From IMG/VR virus record IMGVR_UViG_3300045944_000450, positions 1-52,465 of that record: DNA of 52,465 nt; one strand, given 5' to 3'. The stretch comes from a virus (Duplodnaviria > Caudoviricetes). Positions within the stretch are counted from its first letter, which is position 1. Each line of letters starts with the position of its first letter. Of this stretch, positions 45,377-52,465 are shown one piece after another. A model generated the notes under the pieces. The model was not told where the DNA came from. It did not search any database and was given only the letters and a program-made list of their open reading frames with translations. A program made the position numbers and the translations under genes.

Positions 45377-45817
45377 TTAGGCATCGCGGTCTCCTCCTCT
45401 TGGCGGCGCAAGTCCAGCCGCGTGCAACAATGCCTCATACGTGCCGTCCGGTAATCCGCCGAGATCGAGCCACAGCTGCACCGTCGCGCGATCGCGCAGC
45501 CAGGCCCGCGCCTCGATGCGGCGGCGGGTCTCCCGGCCTCCGCCGCTCGGCGTACTGCGGGCGTCCACCAGGGCGGTGCGCAACAGCGCGGCAATCAGCG
45601 CGTGCTCGCCACACACCGTGGCGTCGAGCGCTTCGCGGGGGCGTGGTTCAGCCTCGGTAGGGGACCGGGGCGCCTGACACCGGGCGAGGATCGTGGCCAG
45701 CGTCTCCCGGCGTAACCACAGGCGTAACGTCTCGGGATGCACGCCTAACTCCTCGGCGAGTCGCCTGCGCGATAGGCAGCGGCCATCGGGCAGCGTTGGG
45801 ATGCGGCGGCGGGGCAT
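45377..45817 (-). CDS. HTH-containing hypothetical protein
   Basis: SRRRLAEELGVHPETLRLWL. Confidence 0.6.
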   Translation of the reverse strand: MPRRRIPTLPDGRCLSRRRLAEELGVHPETLRLWLRRETLATILARCQAPRSPTEAEPRPREALDATVCGEHALIAALLRTALVDARSTPSGGGRETRRRIEARAWLRDRATVQLWLDLGGLPDGTYEALLHAAGLAPPRGGDRDA

Positions 45818-45896
45818 GGGCTCTTGTCTTTCTTCTCGTAGTAGTAGTATATATAATATATCTCTCTCCCTATCGGTCGATAGATAGAGAGCGATA

Positions 45897-46115
45897 TCAA
45901 GGGTTTACCTCGCTATCCGGCAACAGCCCATCGCTGACGTTCCACGCCTCGATGCCGCGCTGCGGACAGTAGCGCACGTGAAAGCGCCGGGCCGGGCCGT
46001 CCGGCATGTCGAGCGTCAGGCTCACCGTCAGGCGCGCGAGCCAGCACCCGCCCCGGATCGCGGGGGGCAGGGACGCCTCGAAGGATACGGGCGTCTCACG
46101 GCTGGGCTGCGGCAT
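45897..46115 (-). CDS. Hypothetical protein
   Basis: AGGAG RBS; operon packing. Confidence 0.5.
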   Translation of the reverse strand: MPQPSRETPVSFEASLPPAIRGGCWLARLTVSLTLDMPDGPARRFHVRYCPQRGIEAWNVSDGLLPDSEVNP

Positions 46116-46127
46116 CGGCGTTTCCTC

Positions 46128-46604
46128 CTACGAGCGTTCGGCGGGGTGAGCCCCCTGGAGTGCGTGGTCGTGCCGATAGGCGGCAATGCCTGCCACCAGG
46201 GAGGGATAGACAGGGTGGCCGTAGCGGTGGCAGACGATATCCACATTGCCTTTGCGCCAGAATCCCTCTGGGCAGACCACGTAGAGGGGCTTTGTTATCG
46301 TCAAGCCCAATTCCAGCAGTGTAATAGGGCTGCGCGTGTTGGGGTCAAAACAGACCATGATAGCGTTGGCGATTTCTAGACCGCGTAATTCCCATTCGAC
46401 CTGCGCACGAAACTGGTCATTGTGGATGTCCTGGATCCAGGACGCATCCCAGTCGGCGCGGCGTGGATTCAGGATCACGCCTGGCAGGTCGTGCAGTGCT
46501 TCAATAACGTGCGTTTGCCAGTGTGCTGCCGTGTCCATCTCAATCGAGCCGGCCAGAAAAAGATCAGCGCTCAAGAAGGGGTAAGGTGCCATAATGGTTT
46601 GCAT
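46128..46604 (-). CDS. Nucleoside 2-deoxyribosyltransferase-like protein
   Basis: FLAGSI, WQ, LNPRR, QVEWEL, SPITLLELG, FWRKGNVDIVC. Confidence 0.85.
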   Translation of the reverse strand: MQTIMAPYPFLSADLFLAGSIEMDTAAHWQTHVIEALHDLPGVILNPRRADWDASWIQDIHNDQFRAQVEWELRGLEIANAIMVCFDPNTRSPITLLELGLTITKPLYVVCPEGFWRKGNVDIVCHRYGHPVYPSLVAGIAAYRHDHALQGAHPAERS

Positions 46605-46613
46605 GGAGCTCTC

Positions 46614-46856
46614 CTACTCAAAGAGTCGCGCCTGGCCGCGTAACTCGGCGGCCAGGGGAGACTCGGGAATGTATTGTTCGAGCATGCGCACCAGGACCGC
46701 GCGCTGTTTGGGCCGCAAGGGATAGGATTGTTGCAGGAGGTTATTTAAAAACGCGGCTTTCCAATCGCTGACCTCGCGGGGCATGCGGTTGAGCAGGGTC
46801 AGGGCCTCGTTCACGAGCGGATCGGGACCAGCGGGGGTGAAAAGATCGTGCTGCAT
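46614..46856 (-). CDS. Hypothetical protein
   Basis: GGAGGG RBS; SDW..AFL...L.PKQ...L pattern. Confidence 0.6.
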   Translation of the reverse strand: MQHDLFTPAGPDPLVNEALTLLNRMPREVSDWKAAFLNNLLQQSYPLRPKQRAVLVRMLEQYIPESPLAAELRGQARLFE

Positions 46857-46872
46857 GCGGTTATTCCCTCCG

Positions 46873-47067
46873 TTAGTTGGTGGCACCGGCGGCACGGGAG
46901 TGTGCCTCGCGGGTATCCCAACAGGGGCTGGCCGGGTCCACCCGCTCCAGCCAGGTTTCGAGACAGGCTTGCACCTGCTCGGCCTCGACACAGGACTGCT
47001 CGGGATCGAGCACGAACGGGGTATCGTGAAAGGCGTCGGGACAGTCGGGACGGGTCCGGTTCAGCAT
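46873..47067 (-). CDS. Hypothetical protein
   Basis: AAGGAG RBS; overlaps the VRR-NUC stop. Confidence 0.5.
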   Translation of the reverse strand: MLNRTRPDCPDAFHDTPFVLDPEQSCVEAEQVQACLETWLERVDPASPCWDTREAHSRAAGATN

Positions 47068-47459
47068 GGGGGCTCCTTCTGTGCTAAGCGTGCCGCAATC
47101 GTGGGGAGGTCGCGGGGGCGCCAACAATACACTTCAATGCCTGGAATCGAATGTCGTAACATGTCTAGCCACACTGCTTGCTCGTGGGAGAGTTTTCCTT
47201 TCTCACTTTTTAACTCGGCAAAGATCAATCTGCCTGGCTTCACCAGCGTCAAATCGGGATAGCCCTCTTCAGACCTTCTCGCGTCAAACACATGATACGT
47301 GAGCCACGAGTGCGCCTTGGCTAACCCGCGAATCTGCGCCAGCAACGCTTTTTCCGGCATCGCCGCTCCACCAGGGCAACCAGGCGCTGTCAGCGTGGGG
47401 TCCAGCGGCAGGCCATGCGCGCGTAGGTAGTCGAGATATTGCTGCTCGCTCCAGTTCAC
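47061..47459 (-). CDS. VRR-NUC nuclease (PD-(D/E)xK)
   Basis: EKAL, GYPDL, FAELK..KGKLS.EQ..W, WRP. Confidence 0.85.
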   Translation of the reverse strand: MNWSEQQYLDYLRAHGLPLDPTLTAPGCPGGAAMPEKALLAQIRGLAKAHSWLTYHVFDARRSEEGYPDLTLVKPGRLIFAELKSEKGKLSHEQAVWLDMLRHSIPGIEVYCWRPRDLPTIAARLAQKEPPC

Positions 47460-47671
47460 GGGGTGCTCTCCTCTGCCACCGTATACGCGCCATCGGGGCA
47501 CTGGCACAGCCGGCCCCGGCGGACCAGGTGCCGACAGGCCCGGGCGGTGGCGCTGGCCTTGGCGTGCAGATGCCGCGCGATCACGGCGGCGGGGCGGGGA
47601 CCAGCGGCGCGGCGCAGGTAGTGGGTAATGCGCAGCGTCAGGGGGATATGGGCACGGGTGCTCGTCGGCAT
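47456..47671 (-). CDS. Small winged-helix protein
   Basis: AAGGAG RBS; IARHL...ATARACRHLVRRG.L....G.Y. Confidence 0.55.
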   Translation of the reverse strand: MPTSTRAHIPLTLRITHYLRRAAGPRPAAVIARHLHAKASATARACRHLVRRGRLCQCPDGAYTVAEESTP

Positions 47672-47684
47672 GCGGGAACTCCTT

Positions 47685-48413
47685 CTACGATGGGCGTAGC
47701 ACGGTGAGGCTCGTTTGGGCAAACCGCCGTTTGAGCCAGCCGGGCAACACCTCACTGTAGACGCTGACATGAAAGCTGTATTCCGTGTCCCACCGTTTTC
47801 CGCCGACGGCAACACGACGAAACGGGATGCCCTGATCGAGACAGTAGAGCCGCAGATGATCGCTACAGGCTTTGTAGGCAGATTCGGGGAGTTGAGCCTG
47901 GAGCTTATTGACGTAGACATACTCGGCAATGGTGAGGAACGGCTGCGTTTCGAGGGCGCGACGGGAGTTCTCATTCGCAACGATGGCCTGCTGTTCGGCG
48001 GCCAGGGCGCGTTGCTCGACAGCATCCAGGCGCACAATGGTGTCAATCATCATCTGGTTCGCAGGGTTTTTGACTTGGGGCGTGGAGGCATACTGCCCAG
48101 TTTTGCGAATCTGGGGTACGACCTCATGCGTGATCCATCGGCGAAACACTTTGGCCTGGGGTTTGCGACTCCCAAGGGCCAGGGTATACAGCCCTGGCTC
48201 ATTGACGACCAGCATATCTTGTGGGCGTCCGGCGCTATCACTTAAAGTGATAACGGCTTTTTCGTCTGGATCGAGGCGCTCGCAGGCTTTGGACACATTC
48301 TTGATGTCGCATTGCTGGCAGACATCGCTCGCTTTCCACCACGGGTTTCCTTCAGCATCCTGGATAGCGACAATTTCTGCTCCCTGAAAGTCAAACGGTA
48401 TGAGGTTTGGCAT
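47685..48413 (-). CDS. BRO-N antirepressor
   Basis: FDFQG, PWW.ASDVC, VNEPGLY.L...SRKPQAK.FRRWITHEVVPQIRKTG.Y. Confidence 0.9.
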   Translation of the reverse strand: MPNLIPFDFQGAEIVAIQDAEGNPWWKASDVCQQCDIKNVSKACERLDPDEKAVITLSDSAGRPQDMLVVNEPGLYTLALGSRKPQAKVFRRWITHEVVPQIRKTGQYASTPQVKNPANQMMIDTIVRLDAVEQRALAAEQQAIVANENSRRALETQPFLTIAEYVYVNKLQAQLPESAYKACSDHLRLYCLDQGIPFRRVAVGGKRWDTEYSFHVSVYSEVLPGWLKRRFAQTSLTVLRPS

Positions 48414-48430
48414 GGGTAGACTCCTCTGTT

Positions 48431-49747
48431 CTAGGGGCAGATGCCCTGGAGGACACACTTCGCGGCGTCGGCCGCGATACTGGGGAACGCTGTGTACCAC
48501 GGGTCTTGGCTGATCGGGTGCGTGTGCCAGTAGCCGAGGGCGGTGGCGCCGCCCTGCGCCGGGTGGATGGCGCCAAACACCTCCTGGCGCATGCGGCTGG
48601 CACTCTTGCCACTGCTCTCCTGGAGCGTCCCCACGACCACGGGCTTCCGTTGTCCCGGCGCCAGCTCTAGGAGCCACAGCCACGCCTGGAGCCCGCTCTG
48701 CACGTAGGATCCCGTGATATCGGCCAGCGCGGCATAGGCAGGCGCCCGGCCCGGATTGCCCTGGAGGATATAGACAGGCCGTTGCCGGACCCCGGCCTTC
48801 GTGTCGAGGGCTTTTACGGTGTCGATGACCTGCTTTGCCAGCGCGATGTCTAAGGGCGCCTCATTGTCGAAGTAGTAGCCCACCAGGTTCCCCGCGTAGG
48901 GTGAGGCGAGAATGGCGCCCAGATCGCGCTGCAACCAGTCGAGACGGCCATACGCCCAGGCGCCACGTTGGATGTACTGCGCGAGCTGGAAGAAGGCGTA
49001 GGGCAGGCCCGCCTTGACGCCTTTCTCGACTTGCGCCAGCGACGAGGCCCAGGCGTTGCAATTCCAGCCGTTTGCTGCGTAATACCGCCAGTCCGGCTCA
49101 CTGCCGAGCGCGTACATGCACTTCAAAAACTCAGGCTTGTAGGTGCCAGTGGCCTGCCGGATCGTCACCTGGCCCGTGGCACTGACGCGGGTGATCCCGC
49201 CCGTAAACGGCTGTTTCGTGGTGGGCGCGTGCTCTAGGGTGATCCCCTCCCGGCAATACACATCGTCGAGATACACGGGCGTGGCGCCATCCAGGGCCGT
49301 CGGGCGACTCACGAGCAGCGTCAGCCACGCTTCATCGGTCCGCGCCTGGTGGATCACGGCCATCTCCTGCCACTGCCCCGGGGTGGCGTAGGCCCAGTCG
49401 CTCGCGCCCGGGCTGTTGCGCAGCCAGTTCCCCGCGCTCCCGTAGAGCGACACCGAGAGGCGCAAATAATCCGTGGGGCTGTGGAAGCCGAGCAGGTATC
49501 CTCCGCAGGTATAGACCTTGCCGGGGGTGATCCGGATGAGGGGGCCGGTCGCGCGATCTCCCACGGTGAACGCCAGACTCCCGCCACTGCCGCGCGAGGT
49601 GTTGGATGGGGCCGCACCGGTGAGGTGCCACTGGGTTGTGCCGGTGAGCGTGGGATTGGGATGCAGATTGGGGCCAGCCGCGCCCGTGAGAGCCGGGGCG
49701 CAGAGGAGCAGCGCGAGGGCGAGGCGGGCGGGGGCGCTAGTCGGCAT
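48431..49747 (-). CDS. Putative exported protein: CBM-like domain plus glycoside-hydrolase-like domain
   Basis: Signal peptide MPTSAPARLALALLLCAPALTGA; PGKVY...VYLDDV; GYYFDNE. Confidence 0.6.
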   Translation of the reverse strand: MPTSAPARLALALLLCAPALTGAAGPNLHPNPTLTGTTQWHLTGAAPSNTSRGSGGSLAFTVGDRATGPLIRITPGKVYTCGGYLLGFHSPTDYLRLSVSLYGSAGNWLRNSPGASDWAYATPGQWQEMAVIHQARTDEAWLTLLVSRPTALDGATPVYLDDVYCREGITLEHAPTTKQPFTGGITRVSATGQVTIRQATGTYKPEFLKCMYALGSEPDWRYYAANGWNCNAWASSLAQVEKGVKAGLPYAFFQLAQYIQRGAWAYGRLDWLQRDLGAILASPYAGNLVGYYFDNEAPLDIALAKQVIDTVKALDTKAGVRQRPVYILQGNPGRAPAYAALADITGSYVQSGLQAWLWLLELAPGQRKPVVVGTLQESSGKSASRMRQEVFGAIHPAQGGATALGYWHTHPISQDPWYTAFPSIAADAAKCVLQGICP

Positions 49748-50147
49748 GGGGGGCCTCCTCCTCGTCGTCCGGAGCGAGATCGGTCAGATCATCAAGATCG
49801 GCAGTCTCGGCCAGGATCGCGTCATACTCGCGCAAGTCGCCTTCCAGTCGCTCTAGCCAGGTCCGTGGCGGGAGAAACCAGCACCGATACCACGCCCAGT
49901 GGAGTATGTCGGCCTCATCGGGGCGCATGCCACAGCGGGCGGTAAAAACCTCCAACACGGCATTCCAGAACGGGCCGGGGACCAGCAACAGGTCAGGCGG
50001 GTTCACCGCCTCCCACTGGGCGCGCGTCAGGGGATGGGGGAGGGCCATGGCCGTCAACCAGCGCTCCGCACACCCCTCAGCATAGTCACGGGCCTCCGCC
50101 TCCGTATACATGGGGAGCTGGGGCCAGCCGTTAGCGTCGTGGGGCAT
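49737..50147 (-). CDS. Hypothetical protein
   Basis: GGAGG RBS; acidic C-terminus; overlaps the next start. Confidence 0.6.
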   Translation of the reverse strand: MPHDANGWPQLPMYTEAEARDYAEGCAERWLTAMALPHPLTRAQWEAVNPPDLLLVPGPFWNAVLEVFTARCGMRPDEADILHWAWYRCWFLPPRTWLERLEGDLREYDAILAETADLDDLTDLAPDDEEEAPHAD

Positions 50148-50149
50148 CG

Positions 50150-50317
50150 CTAGTCCTCCGTGTCGTCGATGACAGGTTCCCCACCCGTCGCCGTACAGAC
50201 GCCACAGCACGGGACCTCCCGGATGGCGTGGGGGCCGGGACAGCGGCAGCCCAGGACGACACTGCCGCACTGGGCACACTGCACCAGGGGATGCAGGACG
50301 GGCGTGGCGTCAGGCAT
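50150..50317 (-). CDS. 55-aa Cys-rich protein (absent from the ORF track)
   Basis: AAGGAG RBS; CAQC, CRC, CCGVC. Confidence 0.55.
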   Translation of the reverse strand: MPDATPVLHPLVQCAQCGSVVLGCRCPGPHAIREVPCCGVCTATGGEPVIDDTED

Positions 50318-50329
50318 GCGGGGCTCCTT

Positions 50330-51190
50330 CTAGGATGAGCGTTGCAGGAGGCCCGCTGCGATCAGGGCGTCTTGGGTTGCAGTGTGCTTCCATTTCCAGT
50401 TGTACCCGGACTTGGCTCCATGCTCGGCGGTCCACGCATGCTGGGCCGCATAGGGGGCGCCAGCCGGGGTCGGCTCCCACCCGCCGCTGATGGCTTTGAC
50501 CTGCCAGCCGAGGGTTTCCAGGGCACGATTCAGGGCATAGCCGCTCGGAAAGCCGAGGGCCTTGGCCAGGTCGGTCGGTTCCAGCATCACGTCGTCAGGG
50601 GCAATGGTCTGCTGGGCCGGGGCGGCGAGGAGGAGCGGGCGCAGATTAATCCCCGTGGTGGCTTCGATCTGCTTGGCAGCTTCTTGCTGAACGATATGGA
50701 CGGGTGTGCCAAACAGCGCACCGATGCGGAGGTAGTCTTCTGCCATTTGTGCGGCGATTTGTGTGGGTAATCCTTTGACGGCCTTTGTTGTGGCCTGTCG
50801 GGCGCTTGCTGTATTGACAGCAACCGAGATTTGCTTACTCAGCTCATCTTCGAGGTGATGTGTTAGGGCGATTTGAGCGGTGGCATTGAGGAGGGTGAGC
50901 GGGTTCCATCCCGCAGCTTGAAAGAGGGGTTGGAAGGAATCCAGAATTGGGTTTCCTTCAGTTTTTATGCGGTTCCATGTCAACTCAACAATCGCGTCCT
51001 GTTCGAGATAGATGGGATAGGCAGGAATGGCACGAATAGTTCTGACAAAGTGGGAATGCTGACGATATTTCCCGCCGTGAGGACTGTTGGCGAGATATTG
51101 CTGGTGAAAATACTGACTGGTGAAATACTCCTGCCCGTGCCACGGCACGGACTGCATCAAGGGCGATAGGGGTACGGGGATTTTAGACAT
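50330..51190 (-). CDS. Antirepressor-type DNA-binding protein with ANT/KilAC-like C-terminus
   Basis: GAGGAG RBS; PTDLAKALG...LNR.L...GWQ....WEPT..G; follows cro. Confidence 0.65.
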   Translation of the reverse strand: MSKIPVPLSPLMQSVPWHGQEYFTSQYFHQQYLANSPHGGKYRQHSHFVRTIRAIPAYPIYLEQDAIVELTWNRIKTEGNPILDSFQPLFQAAGWNPLTLLNATAQIALTHHLEDELSKQISVAVNTASARQATTKAVKGLPTQIAAQMAEDYLRIGALFGTPVHIVQQEAAKQIEATTGINLRPLLLAAPAQQTIAPDDVMLEPTDLAKALGFPSGYALNRALETLGWQVKAISGGWEPTPAGAPYAAQHAWTAEHGAKSGYNWKWKHTATQDALIAAGLLQRSS

Positions 51191-51452
51191 TGACAGGCTC
51201 CTCCTCGATGACAAGCGCTGCGACCTCTGACGGCTTGCGAGGCTTGGGAAAGAGTTGACTGACAGAGATCTCTAAGCCTGCGGCAATGCGTTGGATGCGT
51301 GCCGCAGGCGGGCTGACTTTGCCTTGCTCATAGAGGCCGAGTTGTTGGAACGGGATGCCTGTCCGTGCTTCCAGTTGCTTCAGGGTCAGGTTCCGTCGTT
51401 TGCGCCAGTACTTGATGCGCAAGGTGATGGTCGGTATTGCAGTGGACTTCAT
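51183..51452 (-). CDS. Cro-like XRE regulator
   Basis: IKYWRKRRNLTLKQL...GI....L..YEQG..SP; first gene of the leftward operon. Confidence 0.88.
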   Translation of the reverse strand: MKSTAIPTITLRIKYWRKRRNLTLKQLEARTGIPFQQLGLYEQGKVSPPAARIQRIAAGLEISVSQLFPKPRKPSEVAALVIEEEPVNV

Positions 51453-51465
51453 GGTTCCTCCCGTT

Positions 51466-51602
51466 ATTCTGATAGAGTCAGAATAGCACAGCGAAATTCT
51501 GACAACAACAGAAAAAGCAGGGAATCGTCCATATCACTGCATTTTTTGGGGGAAAGGGCTTTGCTATCTCTGGGTGATGATGTATTCTTATAATGTCAGA
51601 AT
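51466..51602. promoter_or_regulatory. Three 19-bp operators of the lysis/lysogeny switch
   Basis: ATTCTGATAGAGTCAGAAT (51466), ATTCTGACAACAACAGAAA (51496), ATTCTTATAATGTCAGAAT (51584). Confidence 0.8.
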
Positions 51603-51647
51603 TTTCTTAAATAAATAGAATGTTGTGAGGGGAGAAGGAAGGAAGCC

Positions 51648-52004
51648 GTGAGGAGGAAGCCGCTGTACCCGCATGCCTTGGTCTATGGGGAGTTAATTCG
51701 GCAGATCAGGAAAGAGAAGGGCATCACGTTAAAAAAGCTGGCGGACCTTTCGAGGCTCAGTTACCAATATCTCAGTAATGTGGAGCGCGGGGAAGTCAAC
51801 ACGCCGATTGAAACCTTAGCGACCATCTTTGATGCGCTTGGCGTGAGTATGGCTGGCCTCGGCGGTGCCAGTGTTGATCCCTTGTCCACGTCCCCTGCGG
51901 CCTCTTCCGGCCTGGTCTCCGCCTGGTGGCGCATTCCCTGTGGTCCGTGGTCCCGCGTCTGTCCCCCTGGCTTCACGGCCCCCGCTCTCGCCTACGCGAG
52001 TTAA
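51648..52004 (+). CDS. CI-like XRE repressor without an S24 peptidase domain
   Basis: GELIRQIRKEKGITLKKLA...YLSNVERG..N...L..I..ALGVS; divergent from cro. Confidence 0.85.
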   Translation: MRRKPLYPHALVYGELIRQIRKEKGITLKKLADLSRLSYQYLSNVERGEVNTPIETLATIFDALGVSMAGLGGASVDPLSTSPAASSGLVSAWWRIPCGPWSRVCPPGFTAPALAYAS

Positions 52005-52084
52005 CATCCCGCCCTGACGCACGCGCACCTCACGACTACGACCACCCATCATCTGCTGTGCCACTGTGCTTCAGGAGGGGAGCC

Positions 52085-52465
52085 ATGCACCTGCTTCGTG
52101 ATCTGCTCGACTCATACCAGGCAGAGGGCCTCGATCTCGCCGCGTCCACCCAAACCGCCCGCGCCTACTTTGCGCGCCAACTGCTCGCCACCTTTGGGAA
52201 TGTGCCGCTGGACACGTTCACTGCCGATAGCGTGCGCCAGTGGCGCGTCACGCTCGCGCAGCGCTACCAGCCGGGGACCGTGGGCAAATACCTGGGGCGG
52301 CTGCGGGCGGTGCTGCGCTATGCCCGGGCCTGTGGCTGGCTCGACGCCGATCCGTTCGCGGCGGTGCGCCTGCCAGGTCCGGGAACGCCGCGCGTGCGCT
52401 ACCTCAGCCCCGACGAACGGACGCGCCTCCTGGCGGCGTGTCGGCAGTCGCGCAACCCGCTCCTC
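52085..52465 (+). CDS. Tyrosine integrase, 3'-truncated by the window edge
   Basis: AGGAGG RBS; MHLLRDLL...FGNVPLDTFT..V..W...PGTV.KYL..LRAVL..A...GWL..DP...RVRYLSPDE..RLLAAC (core-binding domain entering the catalytic domain). Confidence 0.88.
   Translation, partial: MHLLRDLLDSYQAEGLDLAASTQTARAYFARQLLATFGNVPLDTFTADSVRQWRVTLAQRYQPGTVGKYLGRLRAVLRYARACGWLDADPFAAVRLPGPGTPRVRYLSPDERTRLLAACRQSRNPLL

Larger units (their letters stand above)
1..52465. mobile_element. Temperate podovirus-like prophage, both ends outside the window
   Basis: Ordered packaging-head-tail-ejection module on +, early/replication module on -, divergent XRE switch and tyrosine integrase at the right edge; no host housekeeping genes seen. 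Confidence 0.93.

Noticed and set aside
52005-52465. Prophage attachment site
   Set aside because: The integrase runs off the window and no matching direct repeat is visible

Overview
This window is almost entirely a GC-rich temperate podovirus-like prophage. The + strand left arm (1-35215) is the virion module: TerS, a TerL split into ATPase and nuclease genes, a T7 gp8-type portal, scaffold, major capsid, tail tubes A and B, three internal virion proteins and a tail-fibre anchor. The largest internal protein (2155 aa) combines a lytic transglycosylase with an ART-like domain. The - strand right arm (35219-51452) carries early and replication genes: RecT, an initiator with internal iterons, VRR-NUC, three antirepressor-type proteins and Cro. 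A divergent CI-like repressor and a 3'-truncated tyrosine integrase end the window. The most striking feature is a run of seven consecutive tailspike/receptor-binding-type genes (24602-34811) that all begin with Sec-type signal peptides, which is unexpected for parts of a cytoplasmically assembled virion. Three parasitic insertions are resolvable: an HNH endonuclease with a structured leader; a ~530-bp apparently non-coding IS200/IS605-type element in a signal-peptide coding region; and a 3.9-kb DDE transposon (19-bp TIRs, 9-bp TSD) carrying a methyltransferase-Mrr fusion and a tRNA-Cys-like gene. An Acb2/Tad1-like anti-defence gene sits within the tail genes. All product calls rest on motif recognition by eye; no database searches were run.
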